A DNA stretch of 64,000 bases from Camelus dromedarius (Eukaryota), in NCBI RefSeq assembly GCF_036321535.1, contig NC_087437.1, positions 17,362,001 to 17,426,000 of the forward strand. Reading direction: 5' to 3'. Shown piece by piece: positions 42,406 through 56,795 of the stretch. Numbering within the stretch: the first letter of the stretch is position 1; every line of letters starts with the position of its first letter. The notes beneath the pieces were generated by a model, which was not told the origin of the DNA, searched no databases, and saw nothing but the letters and a program-made list of their open reading frames with translations. The translations under genes were made by a program, and so were the position numbers.

Positions 42406-45364
42406 GTTCTTATTGTAATGGTTCTGATTTCCTTTGATAAAGCTTCTAGACTACTACTACTTTGACTCCCGTGCAAGCTTCAGTTTACAGTCTTGGAACT
42501 TCCTGAAGCTGTTTGCTTTAATTTAGTCTAGTTCATTTCATGGAAGTTATGACTAAGAATTGGTAGGATAGACTTATTAGAGATATGAGATACTTTTAAT
42601 GTAAAATCTCAAAAAGTAAGCAAAGCAAAATATTGAAGAAATAAATCATAGAACACATAATGTTTGTATGCATTGCTGTTTATCTTGTTATCTAAGTGCA
42701 GAACATAAGTGCATATACTTTGAAGAATGGGGCAGTTGTCATACTGAGAACAGGCCATTTTAAATGAGACGTTTTCATTAGCTCTGTCTGTAGTTGGTAT
42801 ATCGTAACTGGCAAAATAAATTGGCTCTAAGCAAAAATCTGTTCCAGGCAGTAATATACATGTATATGTATACATGTGTGTGTGTATATACAACTTAGAT
42901 TCCAGTATAGACTTTATTGCTATTTGTTTGGGCTTACGTCTCTATAAGCCTCATTTTTCTCATCTGTAATATGGGGTTGATACCTAATCAAAGGATTATT
43001 ATAAGATTTAAATGGGAATTTGTGAATCCATTTAACTGCTAAGCAGTGCTTGGCACACATTAAGAGCTTTAGAATCAATTTCTAGATGTAAAAGAATACA
43101 AAGATATAGATGTTTTAAATGTTGCTAACTTGTCAAACTACTATTCAGAAAAAACATACCAATTTATACCTTTACCAGCAGATAGTGTCCTTAACTTTGC
43201 ATTATCATTCTGAGTTTTGCCAACCTGGTAGGTAAAAAACTGACAGAACTAAAAGGAGAATCAGACAAATCCATAACCATAATTTGGGATATTTTAGCAT
43301 AACTCTATGAGTAATTAGTAGAGCAACAAGACAGAAAAGTCAAAAGAGAAGATTGGAACAGCATAATTAATAAATGAGTAATTACATGTATAGAACATTT
43401 CACCCAGTACCTGCAGAGTATATTTTTAAAGGTCTATGGAAATTTTCCCCAAATTGACATGTGCTGGACCATACAAAAGATGGACATAATTCGTTCTAGC
43501 ATGTGTGCTCTGACATGTTGGAATTGTACCAGAAATCAGTTACAAAAATAACTAGAAAATTGTCAGCTGTTTGGAAACTAACCAGTATACTCCTAAGTAA
43601 CCCAGGGAGTAAAGAAGAAATAACATTAAACTGTTTTGAACTGAACGATGAAAGTATTACACAACTTAAGGGATCCAGGTGAGCCATGCTGAAAGGAAAG
43701 TTTATAGCCTTAAAATGCATATGTTAGAATAAAGACTAAAAATAATTGAAAGAACTGTGTGAAGATGGATGAGTAAAAAATACATTTACTTTTATTCCCC
43801 TCCAAAGCCTACCAAGGTGATCATATAGGATATTTTTTTTTAAAGATTTAAGCTACACAGGTAAAGAAAATGAAAGAAGCAATAAAATATGGAAGCTGGA
43901 AAGCAGCAGACTGATAGAAACATCTTAGTAGACTTCAGAATGTTCAATCTAAACTGGCAGTAGGGAAAATGGATAAGAATCCTCAGGCTCCAGAATTGGC
44001 AGCATCAGGTATTTTTGTAGAAGAAAGGATGAGAATGATGCTAAAAATAGAAGACTTGGTTGGAAGCCTGTTTAAGAAGCCATCTCAATCAATCATAATA
44101 GCCAAAAAGTAGAAACAACCCAAGTGTCATCAACTGATAAATGGATAAATAAAACACATATTGCAATAAAAAGGAATAAACTGCTCATACATGTTATAAC
44201 ATGATGAACCTTGACAATATGTTTATATGAAAGAAGCCAGTCACAAAAGACCACATATGATTCCATTTGTATGAAATGTCCAGAAAATGCAAATCTGTAG
44301 ACACAGTAAATTAGTGGTTGCCTAGGGCTGGAAATAGGGGAGGTTAGAGGGAAATGGGAAATGACTGCTCAAGGGTGTAGGGTTTCTTTTTCGTGTGATG
44401 AAATGTTCTAAAACGATGGTGATGATGGTTGCACAACTGTGAATATACTGAAATCCGTTGAACCATATGCTTTAAATGGGTCAGTTATATAGTATTTTGA
44501 GTTATAGCTCAGTAATCTATTACCCAAAAATAAATAAATAAAGGCAGCATGAGCCTAGATCTCTGTCAATTTGTATAGTTAAGTGACTGCACTCTTTACT
44601 GCCTCAGCAGAAGACTGAAGATTTATCCTCTGCAGTGAACAAAATAACAGTGTCTCTTAGAGAGGGGTGGATACTAGATGTAATTGAAGGCCAGGTGTCC
44701 TACAGAAAACACCTTGATTAAGTGAATGTGTTCAATGTTAGGACCTTTAGTGAGGTCCATTCTCCTATTGGGATCCCCAAATCCTGACAATCAAGTAGGA
44801 AGTTAGAGGATGCTTCACTTGGTAGCCCAAGGAGAAGAACTCTAAATTATTCACAGTTTTTAGGGCCCTACTTTTAAATATGAACAGACAGTCAAGGATC
44901 ACCAGATTCATGAGGAAAGCTTTTATTGAAGAGACCAAAACAAAATAGAAAAAAAGAATTTGGAGGAAATAAAAAAGAGCTCTTGAAAATTAGAGGAAAA
45001 TAGCAAGAAAGAATAGAAGAATGGAAGTTAAAGTAAAGGAGACCTTGCATAAGGTAGAGGAAAAGATGGAAAAAAACAGGTTAAAAAAAATAAAATTCAA
45101 AGATCAGTCTAGGAGATAACTTCCAAGTAACAGAAGTGAGGGCAAGAGAGAACAGAGAAAATAGTGGAGAGGAAATATTAGTGAAATATTCAAGAAAAAT
45201 ATCCAGAGTTGAGGAACATCATTTTGCATTTGAGAGGCTCTCTGGGTACTCAAGGAAAATGGATGAAAATAGATAAATATGGTTTGAATCAAGGTCTAGT
45301 CAGAAAAATGGAGACCATACCACTTATAACAGAATTTTATAATGTAAAGAACTGTTTAGCCAGA

Positions 45365-45787
45365 TGTTACGAGTTGAGTTGTGTCCCCCCCAAAAAGATA
45401 CATTAAAGTCCTAACCGCGATACCTCAGAATGTGATCTTGTTTGGACATAGTGTCTTTACAGAGGTAATCAAGTTAAAGTCAAGTCGTTGGAGTGTCCTC
45501 TTAAGCCAATATGACTGATGTTCTTTGAAAACAGTGGGGTAATTTAGACATAAATTTGGACACAGGCATACACAGAGGGAAGATGACCATCTACAAGCCA
45601 AGGAATGCTTGAGGCTACCAGAAGCTAGAAGACAGGTCTGAAACAGATCCTTAGTGATGCCTTCAGACAGATAATGGCCAGTACTTTGATTTCAGACTTG
45701 TGGCCTCTAGAACTGTGAGATGGATTTCTGTTCTAAGCCAACCCAGTTTGTGTTAATTTGTTATAGCCGCCCTCAAAAACTAATAGA
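45365..45787. mobile_element. MaLR (MLT1-type) solo LTR
   Basis: tgttacgagttgagttgtgtccccccaaaa...tttgttatagccgccctcaaaaactaata. Confidence 0.75.
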
Positions 45788-47994
45788 CTAGATAATTGGA
45801 GAACTGAAAAGGCAGTAAGAGAACACTGAGTTATCACAAAGATAGTAACTGTAGGAAGTAATTACTAGCCCCTAGGATTGGGAGAACAAAGAGAAGAGAT
45901 TGGGATTATTAGAATTTAGAAGCTTAAAAAGTGGCTCTGAGGAACTGAAACCCAAAATTCTCAGGAGTTGCTGCCTGCTCAGGAAGAAAAGGTATTTTAG
46001 GAGGCTTGGTAAGACTAGTCTGGGAATGATAGGAAAAACACAAAAGCAAAAAATTGCTAACTGGAACCAATTGCTGATACTGGAACCATTGCTATTGCCA
46101 GAGTGAAGATTGATGCTGAGCTGAAGGAGTATCTCCCTGTTCCCTCCTTCAGTCTTCCAGTGTCTTTCTAGTGTCCCTTTTTGGCAGAGTCTAACAGGAA
46201 GCCAGATAGAAAAGAAGTGTGATTTGTAGGGTTCCAGCCCCTCAATATTACAAAGCACAGTAGAGAAGAGTAGGTTTGAAGTCTGGGACAATAGCTTAAT
46301 AACCAATACACACAGACACTGAATGTCATTGTGAAATTTTGGAATACGTGGGACAAAGAGGATCTATAAATTTCCAGAGTAGGGGAAGTGGGTCACAGTA
46401 CAGAGATTAAATATTCTTATCTGCAACAATCTAGAAGACAGTGAGCAATGCCCTCAAATTCTGAGGGAAAATGATTTCCAAGCTAGATTTCCTTACCCAG
46501 TCAGATCATTAAGTACAAGTATAACATACAGACATTTTAAGACATGTGAGCTGTCCAGAAATTTTTCTTCCTCACTGTCTTCTCTGAAAGCTATTGTGTG
46601 ATTTGCTCCACCCACCTAAAGGAGGGGAGTAAACTTCAATGAAAGAAGGAAGTGAACAATATAGGAACAAGGAAATCAAATTTTAGAGAGACAAGGGGGA
46701 TCCCTAAGGGATTCTCTGAATGCTGACTGATTATCAAGTTAAAGAGTAGTTAGTCTGGATTTGAGCAGATGAGAATGCCCTGGTAATTGTATGGCAGTGA
46801 AACTAACAGAATGTCTGATGTTTCTATCTCTTTATTTAGGCAATTGATGAAGAATTCAGAGTTAATTAGTGATGTCTTTTGTATGCTTAGTTTTTTATAT
46901 TGGACTTAGGGCTTTATTTTGAAATTATTTTTTCTCTTGATCTCTTCCTTGGGTGATCCTGTTTAATCCTGTGATTTTAAATATATTGATATATGGCTGA
47001 TTCACAAATTTATGTTTCTACACAAGACCTCTTCTCTGAGTTCCAGAGTTATATATTGTATCCATTATCTATTACTGTGTAAAAACTTCAAAACTGAGTG
47101 GTTTAAAACATTAAACATTTTTCTTTTGCTCATAGATCTGCATTTGGGCAGGACTTGGGTGGAGAGGCCTTGTCTCTGTTCCATGTGGTATCGTCTAGGG
47201 TGGCTTACTCATATTGCTGACAAGTGGTTGTTAACAGTTGACTGGGAGCTCCTTGGCTGGCTGTGATTTGGGGGCCTTCGTCCCTCTCCATGTGGATTTC
47301 TACATAGATTGCTTGGGCTTTGTCATAGCATGATGGCTAGGTTCCAAAAACAATTCTCTTAAGGGTGTTCAGCTTTTGTGACAGCCTTGGAAGTTGCATA
47401 GCTTTACTTCTGCATAGTGATAAGCCTGCCCGTATTCAAGAGAAGGGAAATTGACTGTCCCCTCATTAAGAGGTGGTGTCTAAATAATATAGGAAGAAAA
47501 ACACGCAGTATTGAAGATGTTCTTTCAGTCATCTTTAGAAAATACAATATGCCACATTTATCAGTCTGTTTCCTTGATATTGTATATCTTGTATATCTCA
47601 TAGGTATTTTGAACTTAAAACAATCAAAATGAATTCTTGATTCTCTTACTTTTAAACTGCCCCCTTCACTCCCCTTCATTAATCCATTATTCAGTCTTTT
47701 TCATTTTGTTAAATGGTATTGCCATTCACCCATTAGCTAAAAGCCAGGTGTCATACCTGATTCCTTTCCTCTCACAATTCCAGTTTATCCTGTCTCTTCT
47801 AACTTGCAATATATCTTGAATTCTTCTAGTCTCTGTCTACGTGGTCACCATACCACTCAAGTCGGCTACCAAGCCACCATCATCTTTTCACTTGGAATCC
47901 TGTCGTTATTTATTTGAGATATGAATGACATAAAATATTTTATTAGTTTCAGATATACAGTGTAGTGTATTAACACATTTATGTTAACTAGTCT

Positions 47995-48785
47995 TTTTAA
48001 AAATTGTGGTAAAATACACATAACATAACATTTTTAAGTGTCTATAGTTCAGTATTGTTAAGTATAATCCCATTGTTGTGCACCCAATCTCCAGAACTTT
48101 TTCATCTTACAAAATTGAAACTTTGCCCTTATTAAACAACTACCCATTCTCCCATTTCCCCAGCCCCTGGCAATCACCATCCTACTTTCTGTTTCTATAA
48201 ATTTGTTTGTTCTAGGTACCTCATGTAAGTGGAATCACTGGTATTTGTCTTTTTATGACTCTTTTATTTCAATTAGCTTAATGTCCTCAAGGTTCATCCA
48301 TGCTGTCGCATGTGTCAAAATGTCCTCCTTTTTTAAGGCTAGTAATATTCTATTGAATATATCTACCACATTTTGTTTATCCATTCATCTGTTGATACAT
48401 ACTTGGCTGCTTCCACTTTTAGCTATTATGATTAATGTTGCCATAAACATGGATGTACAAATACCTGTTCAAGTCTCTGCTTTCAGAAATTGCTGGACCA
48501 TTTGGTAGTTCTCTAGTTTAATTTTTTGAGGAACTGCTATACTTCTTTTGAAGAACTACCATTCCTTCCTCCCTTCCTTCCTTCCCTCTTTCCTTGAAAG
48601 TAGCTATCCTAATGGATGTGAGATGATATCTCATTGTGGTTTTGATTTTTGTTTTCCTAATGATTAGTGATGTTGAGTATCCTTTTTTATGCTTGTTGGC
48701 AATTTGTATATCTTTGGAGAAATGTCTATTTGAGTCCTGTGTTTTTTAATTGATTTTTTTTGTTGTTGTTGTTATTGTTGAGTCT
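47995..48785 (-). mobile_element. Old L1MB-type 3' fragment
   Basis: ttgtggtaaaatacacataacataa start, with antisense ORF2 end gatatctcattgtggttttgatt. Confidence 0.75.
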
Positions 48786-50569
48786 TAACTAGTCTTTGTA
48801 TTCCTACTGTTTTCTTTCCTTTTAACTAATTCTTCACACAGCAGTCAGAGAAAGGTATTCAAGATTTCTGTATTAGTCATGATACGCTACCGCTCTAATA
48901 AGTAACAGATCTTAGTGGCTTAACACAATGGAAGTTTGTATTATTTTCTTATGTCAATCCAGTGTATATGTATAATGGAGTAGGGTGGCAATACCTCTGC
49001 TTCATATAAAAATTCAGGTGCACAGGTCCTCTATCTTTTTGTGTTATCACTGTCATCACAATATGGCTTTTGAAGTTGTCTTGAAAATGGAAGCAAGTAT
49101 GGAGGAAGATTTTAGGGCCCACTCTTAAAGTGACATATATCACTTTCACCCACATTCCACTGGTCGGAACTGAGTCTCATGATCCCACCTAACTACAGAG
49201 GTGTCTGGGAAATGTCGAATAGCAGTGTGCTAATGAAAGAGAGAAGAACACAGATAATAATGAGCACTAGCAGTCTCTGTCACAGTGTATATTAGATTAG
49301 AACTCCCCTGCTTAAAATCCTTTAATGACTTCTTATTACTTATAGAATAAAATTAGCTTATGTCAGTTTCAGCCTTATTTTGTACCACTTTCCCTCTTAT
49401 TATTCTCAAGTCACATTAGACTAGGTCATTTCTCATAATATGCCAGTTTTTCCTGCTAGAACCTATGTGTTTTGCAGTTTCCTTTTCTCGGAGCACTCTA
49501 CTTTAAATATTTACATGATTGCCTCCTTTTCATCCTCATATATCAGCTTAAAATCCATCTCTAACTAAAATCCCTAACAAAAATAACCGTTCTCTTCTCT
49601 GTCCTCTGTGATTGCACTGTGTTTATATCTATCCCAGCATTTATCACAATCTGTAATTATTTTGTTTGAGAAAAATTTTTGTTTGCTTTACCTGTGTCCT
49701 TTGTTAGAAGATGTCTTTCTCAATGTTATATCCTGCAGCACCCAGCCAATGCTTAGCACACAGTAGTCATTCAGTTAATGTATCGTGTGAGTGAATAACT
49801 TATACAGAACAGACTACAATGGAGAGACCAGAGTGAATTATAACCAAGAGCTTTTATGGTAACTTAGGTGCATTGCTGAGGGCTTGGGTTTTAGTGGTGA
49901 CAGTGTCAGCAGAACAGGAAAGGATGGACAAGAAACAAAGGAAAAACCAACGCAAATTTCTGTGTACAGATTCAAGGGGGTCTGGGTGAAAGAGATGATA
50001 GTGGTTTGTAATTAACAGACTAGTAAAGAAGATAGAAGAGTTGGCTTTTGGTGATAACGATGAGTTGGCATTGATGCAAGTTGATAGCAAGACTTTCAAG
50101 TAGAAGTGTTGAGGAACAGTAGGATGGATTAGAAAACATAATTGGAATTATAGATTTGGGAGTCAGCTGGCCAAGGTGATAAGATGAAGCCATAAAAATG
50201 AATGATCTACTGAGAGAGGGCATATACTGAGAAGAGCAAGGGGGGGAAAAAAGAGAAGCCAGACGTGTAAACCAGGAGTAGGTAGAGAGGGAGGAGAAGA
50301 ACCAGTTTAATACAGGGTTAAGGAAACCAGCAAAGAGTTTCAGGAAAGAGGGATGATTAACTTGGCTGCTGCTAGTGTGGCTATTCTTTATGATATGCAT
50401 TTGAAGGTTCTGAAATGTTACCTTCCCTGAAGGTTATAAAGTGGCGATATTAGTATCTGCCTCATAAGGTTGCTGTGGGGATTATTAGCATATTGTATTG
50501 AGTCCTGGCAGCCCCGCATGAAGATCGGTGCAGACCCAGCCTTCCCTACTGGCATGCGGCCTCAGCCAA

Positions 50570-50747
50570 GGTCAGGATGGTGAAGTAGGAGGACCACGAG
50601 CTCGCCTCTCCTCATGACTGTAACAAAACGACAACTGACTACTGAACAACCATGAAAAAAAAAAAAAAAAAAAACCACAAAAAACTGGAACCTAGCAAAA
50701 AAGATCCTCTTCAACTGGAAACATAAAGAAGGAACCTCAGCAGGATG
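50570..50747 (+). mobile_element. Isolated 5' start of an L1 5'UTR, fused to the DIAPH-like fragment
   Basis: caggatggtgaagtaggaggaccacgagctcgcctctcctc matches the L1 start caagatggcggagtagaaggatgctcgtagctcaccctcttcc at 61135. Confidence 0.7.
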
Positions 50748-51220
50748 GTCACAGTTTCTTAAGAAAATCAAAGCACATGATCAACAGCTCGTGCACTCCC
50801 TTGGTGTGGACTCAGAGTTAAGCACAAACAAGAATCAGACACTGATTTTGCACTTCTAATAGTGGTCATCATTGCAGAAAAATGAAGAATTCAGAACCCA
50901 ACTGTAAACTCAAGACAAGCTGCAAAAATAAGAGTAAAAATTCAAAGACCTTGAAACAGAATTCCAGCATGAAATCCAGGAGTATGGACTCACAGATTGC
51001 TCTTAAATTCCAGGACCACTTCTACTGCATCCACAGGCAGTTGGAGGGACATCCCCACCACCAGCTCTACCAGTACCACCTCTACCCACGGGAATTGCTC
51101 CTCCTCCAACTCCTTTACCGCTACTAAATGATATATCATATCTACCACCATCGCGTTTGTTTGGGGAATCTCCTGGGCTAACTTACAAACTGAAGCAGAA
51201 ATAAACGTATAAAGCTGAAA
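50748..51220 (+). pseudogene. Processed, decayed fragment of a diaphanous-related formin, most like DIAPH2 (end of FH3/dimerisation region, coiled coil, FH1, start of FH2)
   Basis: Translation SQFLKKIKAHDQQLVHSLGVDSE/KHKQESDTDFALLI...NEEFRTQL*TQDKLQK*E*KFKDLETEFQ...IPGPLLLHPQAVGGTSPPPALPVPPLPTGIAPPP...RLFGESPGLTYKLKQK*TYKAE is collinear with DIAPH2 as recalled (PQYYKII..SQIVLHCSGMDPDFKYRQRLDID..; DEEFTARQEAQAELQKRDEKIKELEAEIQ; IPGPP..; LLFGG..PYGMKQKKMYKPE). No introns, several stops. Confidence 0.8.
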
Positions 51221-52574
51221 AGTTATTGTATTAAAAGGACTTAGTGTACTTTCTCTGTGCAATAAGTGTCCAGTAAACGTTTTGAAGTGAAATACAATGA
51301 AACAATACAATTAGGCATGAGGGAGGCATTAAGGACTTTGTAGAGGGAGAAAAGCTTCTGGGCTTGCTGTGGCATCTTTTCTATAGAGATATAGTCTTTT
51401 TAAATGTTACAGTGAGTTAGAATTATACTAAAAGCCTATATAGAGATAACATTTATGAATTTATTTTGAAGTGTTTTTAGTAGAAATTTTCTGATCTGAA
51501 AGTATACAAAATCATAGCAGTACAATGGCAGTTCATCTGTTCATGCTTGTTAACCACATCCTTTTACTGAATCTTATTTCAGAAGCATTATGATGCAGGT
51601 GCTCCTTTGAAAGGCATTGTCCTTTAAAATAGGCTGAGGTTAAATTCTTATTTAACATTTATATTTTAAATGGAAGTGTAGTTTAGTATGTCAAGTTGTA
51701 CTAACTGCTTAGAGCATTTGACTTTTGGTATTGGGACTCAGTTTTAGGTAGTATGGAGAAATTCCAGTTCCTTTTTGTAGATGCCACAGGATTCTGTCTC
51801 CAGATCATAAAGTAAGAGAGCCATTAACACAAGGGAAAGTGGGAGCTTTCCTGCATTCCTTTTCGTTATCTTTTTCTTTAGGGAACTTTGGCAGGTTAGC
51901 TGGGGAGAGTTTGGTTGTCTTAGACCAATCCTTTGTTTTTCCGTCTTAACATATATTATAATGGGGAAAAAAACACTTGTTGTTTTCTCATGATCAAGAG
52001 CAGTAGTTTGGAATAAAGGGTAAGGTAAAGAAGATGGGGAGGTAAGGAAAGAAGTGTTTAAAAATGGAAGGGAAGAGAAAAAGAAGCTGAGAGATAATTG
52101 GTGAATAGAGGTTCTAAAGTTTATCTTTGCCTTTGCCTCTGGTTTCAGCTTGAATTAGCAGTTGAAAATTGCTTTTCCAGTAGCATATAATTTGTGACTT
52201 TTAGATTATTTGCTACCTGTAACAGACATAATTTCTTTATCATAAAATTTGGATATAACTGTCATTGATTTTATATGTCCATACAATTGGTGATGTAATT
52301 TTTAGCATGAGGTAGGAGGAATAGTGCAGGGAAGGCAATTATGTAGCAGGCACTGTACTAAGTGTTTTACTTATTATTTTGTTTAATATTCACAACAACC
52401 CTGTAAGTAGGTGTTACCAAAGCACAGAGAGGTTGAGTTAAGTTGCTCAAAGTCACACATAATAAATCTCAGAGCAAGAATTCAAACTGATGTTTCTACT
52501 CTTTTTCTAGTTAATCTTTTATTTATCCTTTTGCTTCATTTTACAGTTCCATTCAGTCACTAGGTCTTGTTGGC

Positions 52575-54745
52575 TTTTTAAAAAAATTTTCATTGAAATA
52601 TAATTCACATACATACAATTCACCCATTTTAAAGTATGCAGTTCTGTAATCAACCACAGAAAGATAAATGAGAAAAACAATTACATGGAGACTAAACGAC
52701 ATGCTACTGAAAAACTGGTGGGTCAACAATGAAATCAGAGGAAATTAAAAAAAAAAAAAAAAAACAACCTCAAGATAAAGTGTACAATTCAGTAGCTTTT
52801 AGTACTTTTCAGATAGTTTTGCAACCATCACCACATAGAACATTTACACCACCCACAAAAGAAACCCCAATCCTGTTAGTTGTCACCCTCTGACTTCCCC
52901 TACCCTCTGTCCTCCTAGACAGCTATTAATGTACTTCTGTCTCTATAGATTTGTTCATTCTGGACATTTCACATAAAGGGAATCAAATAATATGTAGCCC
53001 TTTGTTGGCTTCTTCAGTTAGCATAAATTTTTAAGGTTCATCCATTTGTAACCCCTCATTATTGCACAACCATTTTTTTAATCTTAACATGTATTAGTAC
53101 TTTATTATTATTATTGCTGAATAATATTCCATTGCATGGATATGCCAGATTTATCCATTTATCAGTTGATGGACATTTGGATTGTTTCTCCATTTTAACT
53201 ATTGTGAATGATACTGCTATGGATATTCATGTATAGATTGTTTTTATTGTGGTAAAATATACGTAATATAAAATTTACCATTTTAACCATTTTTAAGTAT
53301 ATATTTTATGGCTTTAAGTATATTCACCCTGTTGTGCAGCCATCACCACCAGCTGTTTCCAGAACTTTTTCAGCTTCCTCAGCTGAAATTCTGTACCCAT
53401 AAAACACTAAAGTCTTATTTGCCCATCCTGCAGCCCCTTGCAACCACCATTCTGCCTTCAGTCTCTATGTATTTGATCTCTCTAGGAACTTTATTTAAGC
53501 AGAATCACACAATATTTGTCCTTTTGTGATTGGCTTATTTCACTTAGCATAATGTTTTCACATTGTAGCATGTCCTTTTTAAGGCTGGTAATATTCCATT
53601 GATTGTATATATCACATTTTATTTATGCTTTCATCTGTTGATGGACGCTGTTTGCTTCTGCTTTTTGGTTATTGTGAATAATGCTGCAATGAATATGGTG
53701 GGCTTGGGCTTTGGTAACCCAGAATCTCAGCATCTAGGCTAAACAGAACTCAGTCTCCTTAAGGTGTACCAGGGGTTCAAATTCAGGAAAGCACAGGGCT
53801 GTGTCTATGCTGATAGGAAACTCAGTTTTCTTAGGACCTGCTTGGAAAGGCACTGCTTGGTATGCAAATATCTATTTAAGACCCTGCTTTTACTTATTTT
53901 AGATGTATACCCAGTAGTAGAGTTGCTTAATTATATTTTTAAGTATTTGAGGAATCCAAACTGTTTTTCACAGTGGCTGCACCATTTTACATTCCTCCCA
54001 GTAATGCGCAAGGGTTCTAATTTCTCCACGTCTTCACCAATACTTGTTATTTTCTGCTTTTTTTTTTTTATAGGATTAGCTACCCTAATGAGTGTGAGGT
54101 GTTATATCATTATGGTTTTGATTTGCATTTTCCTAATGATTAGTGATGTTGAGCATCTTTTCTTGTGCTTATTGGCCAATTGTATATCTTCTTTGGAGAA
54201 ATGTCTATTCAAATTCTTTTCCCATTTTTTAATTGGGTTGGTTTTTTCGCTGTTGAGTTGTCAGTGTTCTTTATATATTCTGGATATCAATTCCTTATTG
54301 GATATGTGACTTGCAAATATTATTTCCCATTCCATGGTATTGTCCTTTGGCACACAAAAGAGTTTAATTTTGATAAAATCCAGTTTATCTAATTTTTCTT
54401 TTGTTGCCTGTGCTTTTGGTGTTAAATCCAAGAAATTATTGCCAAGGCTAATGTTGTGAAGCTTTTGCCCTGTTTTTTTTTTTTTCTAAGAGTTTTATGG
54501 TTTTTAGCTCGTCCATTTAGGTCTTTGATCTGTTTAGTATATGGTGTAAGGTAGGGGTTCAACTTCATTTTATTAATTTTTAGTGAATACATGTTTTCAT
54601 TTCTCTTGCTTATATAACCAGGAATGGAATTGCTGGGTTATCTGGTAGCTATGTTTAGCCTTTTGAGGAACTGCCAAACTGTTTTCCAAAGTGGCTATAC
54701 CATTTTACATTTCCACCAGCAGTGTATGAGGGATCTGATTTCTCT
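52575..54745 (-). mobile_element. Cluster of old L1M fragments, nested in one another
   Basis: Repeated L1M 3'UTR and ORF2 antisense motifs, for example [16 protein letters not shown] in the ORF at 53764-54309. Confidence 0.75.
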
Positions 54746-55130
54746 ATGGCTTTTTGAATCCATACTACATTACCTTCTGACTAGCTTAGTTCACAGTTTA
54801 CTTGGCTGGCCTCTTTGGTGATAATCTCACAACTCTGCCTTTCTGCTGTCCCCTTTCACCAGTCCATCGTGTTGTTTGTTGTATCATAAAAGTTTAGAGC
54901 TGAAAAGAACTAAGAGTCATGGAAGTCAAACCATTCATTTACAGTTGATAAAATAGAGAAGCTAAGAGATTTGACTCAAAGTTATACAGTGATAATGTCA
55001 ACATCAGACGCTCTCCTGTGTGTATACCTTTCATTTTATTAAATCGTGTTTCCATTTTCTGTGTCTAAAACTCTTTACCTGATTATCTTTACCAGGTTTC
55101 TTCCCCATCCTCTTCCGTAAAGTACAATTT

Positions 55131-55731
55131 TTTTTAACATTTTTTATTGATTTATAATCATTTTACAATGTTGTGTCAAATTCCAGTGTCCAGCACAATT
55201 TTTCAGTCATTCATGGACATATACACACTCATTGTCACATTTTTTTCTCTGTGAGTTATCATAACATTTTGTGTATATTTCCCTGTGCTATCTATACAGT
55301 GTAATCTTGTTTATCTATTCTACAATTTTGAAATCCCAGTCTATCCCTTCCCACCCTCCACCCCTCTGGTAACCACAAGTCTGTATTCTCTGTCTGTGAG
55401 TCTATTTCTGTCCTGTATTTACACTTTGTTTTTGTTTGTTTGTTTGTTTTTGTTTTTTAGATTCCACATATGAGCGCTCTCATATGGTATTTTTCTTTCT
55501 CTTTCTGGCTTACTTCACTTAGAATGACATTCTCCAGGAGCATCCATATTGCTGCAAATGGCATTATGTTGTCGGTTTTTATGGCTGATAGTATTCCATT
55601 GTATAAATATACCACATCTCTTTATCCAGTCACCTGTTGATGGACATTTAGGCTGTTTCCATGTTTTGGCTGTTGTAAATAGTGCTGCTATGAACATTGG
55701 GGTGCAGGTGTCATCCTGAAGTAGATTTCCT
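55131..55731 (-). mobile_element. Young 5'-truncated L1 3' end
   Basis: Near-identical reverse complement of about 5295-5888. 13-bp TSD taaagtacaattt at 55118-55130 and 55732-55744. Confidence 0.92.
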
Positions 55732-55860
55732 TAAAGTACAATTTAAAAGCAAGTAGTTGTGTGCAGGTAATTTATTTGGCAGGTGATCTGGGGTATCAAG
55801 AGCGAGAGACCAGGGTGAATGAAATAAAAGAAGAAAAGCCAATACAAGACTGTGTTATTA

Positions 55861-56008
55861 AGGGGGAGGGTATATAGCTCAGTGGTAGAGTGCATGCCAG
55901 GGCACGAGGTCCTGGCCTCAATTCCTAGTACCTCCACTAAATAAATAAATAAACCCAATTACCACCCCCCACACCCCCTACCAAAAAAAAAAAAAAAAGA
56001 AGAAGAAG
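55861..56008 (+). mobile_element. tRNA-derived SINE (camelid-type)
   Basis: ggggagggtatatagctcagtggtagag A-box head, (AAAT)n, C-rich and A-rich tail. 14-bp TSD aagactgtgttatt at 55846-55859 and 56009-56022. Confidence 0.88.
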
Positions 56009-56360
56009 AAGACTGTGTTATTGAGTTATTAATTTATGTGGCAATTAGGGCTTAATCCCAGTGGGAATTTCTGAGGATCTAGATGCTTTTCAAATTATCT
56101 ATTCAGGGATGGACGAGCGTAAACTGTATCATGTGTTCTTCTCCATAAGTTGATGATTGCCTCGGTAGGGTGTAAATTCTTTCTCCTTCCCTCTCCCGTT
56201 TTAGGGCTGCAAACAAGAGCCTGTCAAGTGGGTTCCCAGTGTTGTCTCACTTCATGGCTTTAACGAAGCCGTAGGGCAGGAAGAAAATGAATCACATTGA
56301 ATACTATGGGAGAAGTAAGTCAAAACCTACCTGAAATTATTAGCCTTAGGTTATGACTAA

Positions 56361-56795
56361 TGTGGTAGGCAGAATAATGGTGTCCTAAAGATATCTACAT
56401 CTTAATCTTATAAACCTGTGAATATATTACCTTGCATGGCAGAAGAAACTCTGGAGACAGGTTGATTTTTCTGGATTATCTGGGTGGGCCCAATGTGATC
56501 ACATAGAGCCTTGTAAGAGGGAGACAGGAGTGTCAATTTTAGAAAGAGATGTGACAGTGGAAGCAGAGGTCATGATGATATGGCTAGGAGCCAAGGAATG
56601 TGGGCAGCTTCTAAGAAGCTGGAGTAGACAATGAATGAATTTTCCCCTAGGGCCTCCTGAAGGAGTGCAGACTTTGATTTTAGCCCTGTAAAACCTGTTT
56701 GAACTTGCCTCCAGAACTTTAAGATAAGAGGTTTGTATTGTTTTAAGCCACTAAATTTGCGGCAGTTTGTTACACAGCATTAGGAAACTAATACA
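56361..56795. mobile_element. MaLR (MLT1D-type) solo LTR
   Basis: tgtggtaggcagaataatgg...tttgttacacagcattaggaaactaataca. Confidence 0.78.

Noticed and set aside
50748..51220. Possibility that this is the RAD51AP1 pseudogene I recall in human NCK1 intron 1
   Set aside because: The translation matches diaphanous formin motifs in order, not RAD51AP1.
55861..55940. tRNA-like sequence
   Set aside because: It is a SINE head with a tail and TSDs, has three other copies in the window, and does not form a complete cloverleaf.
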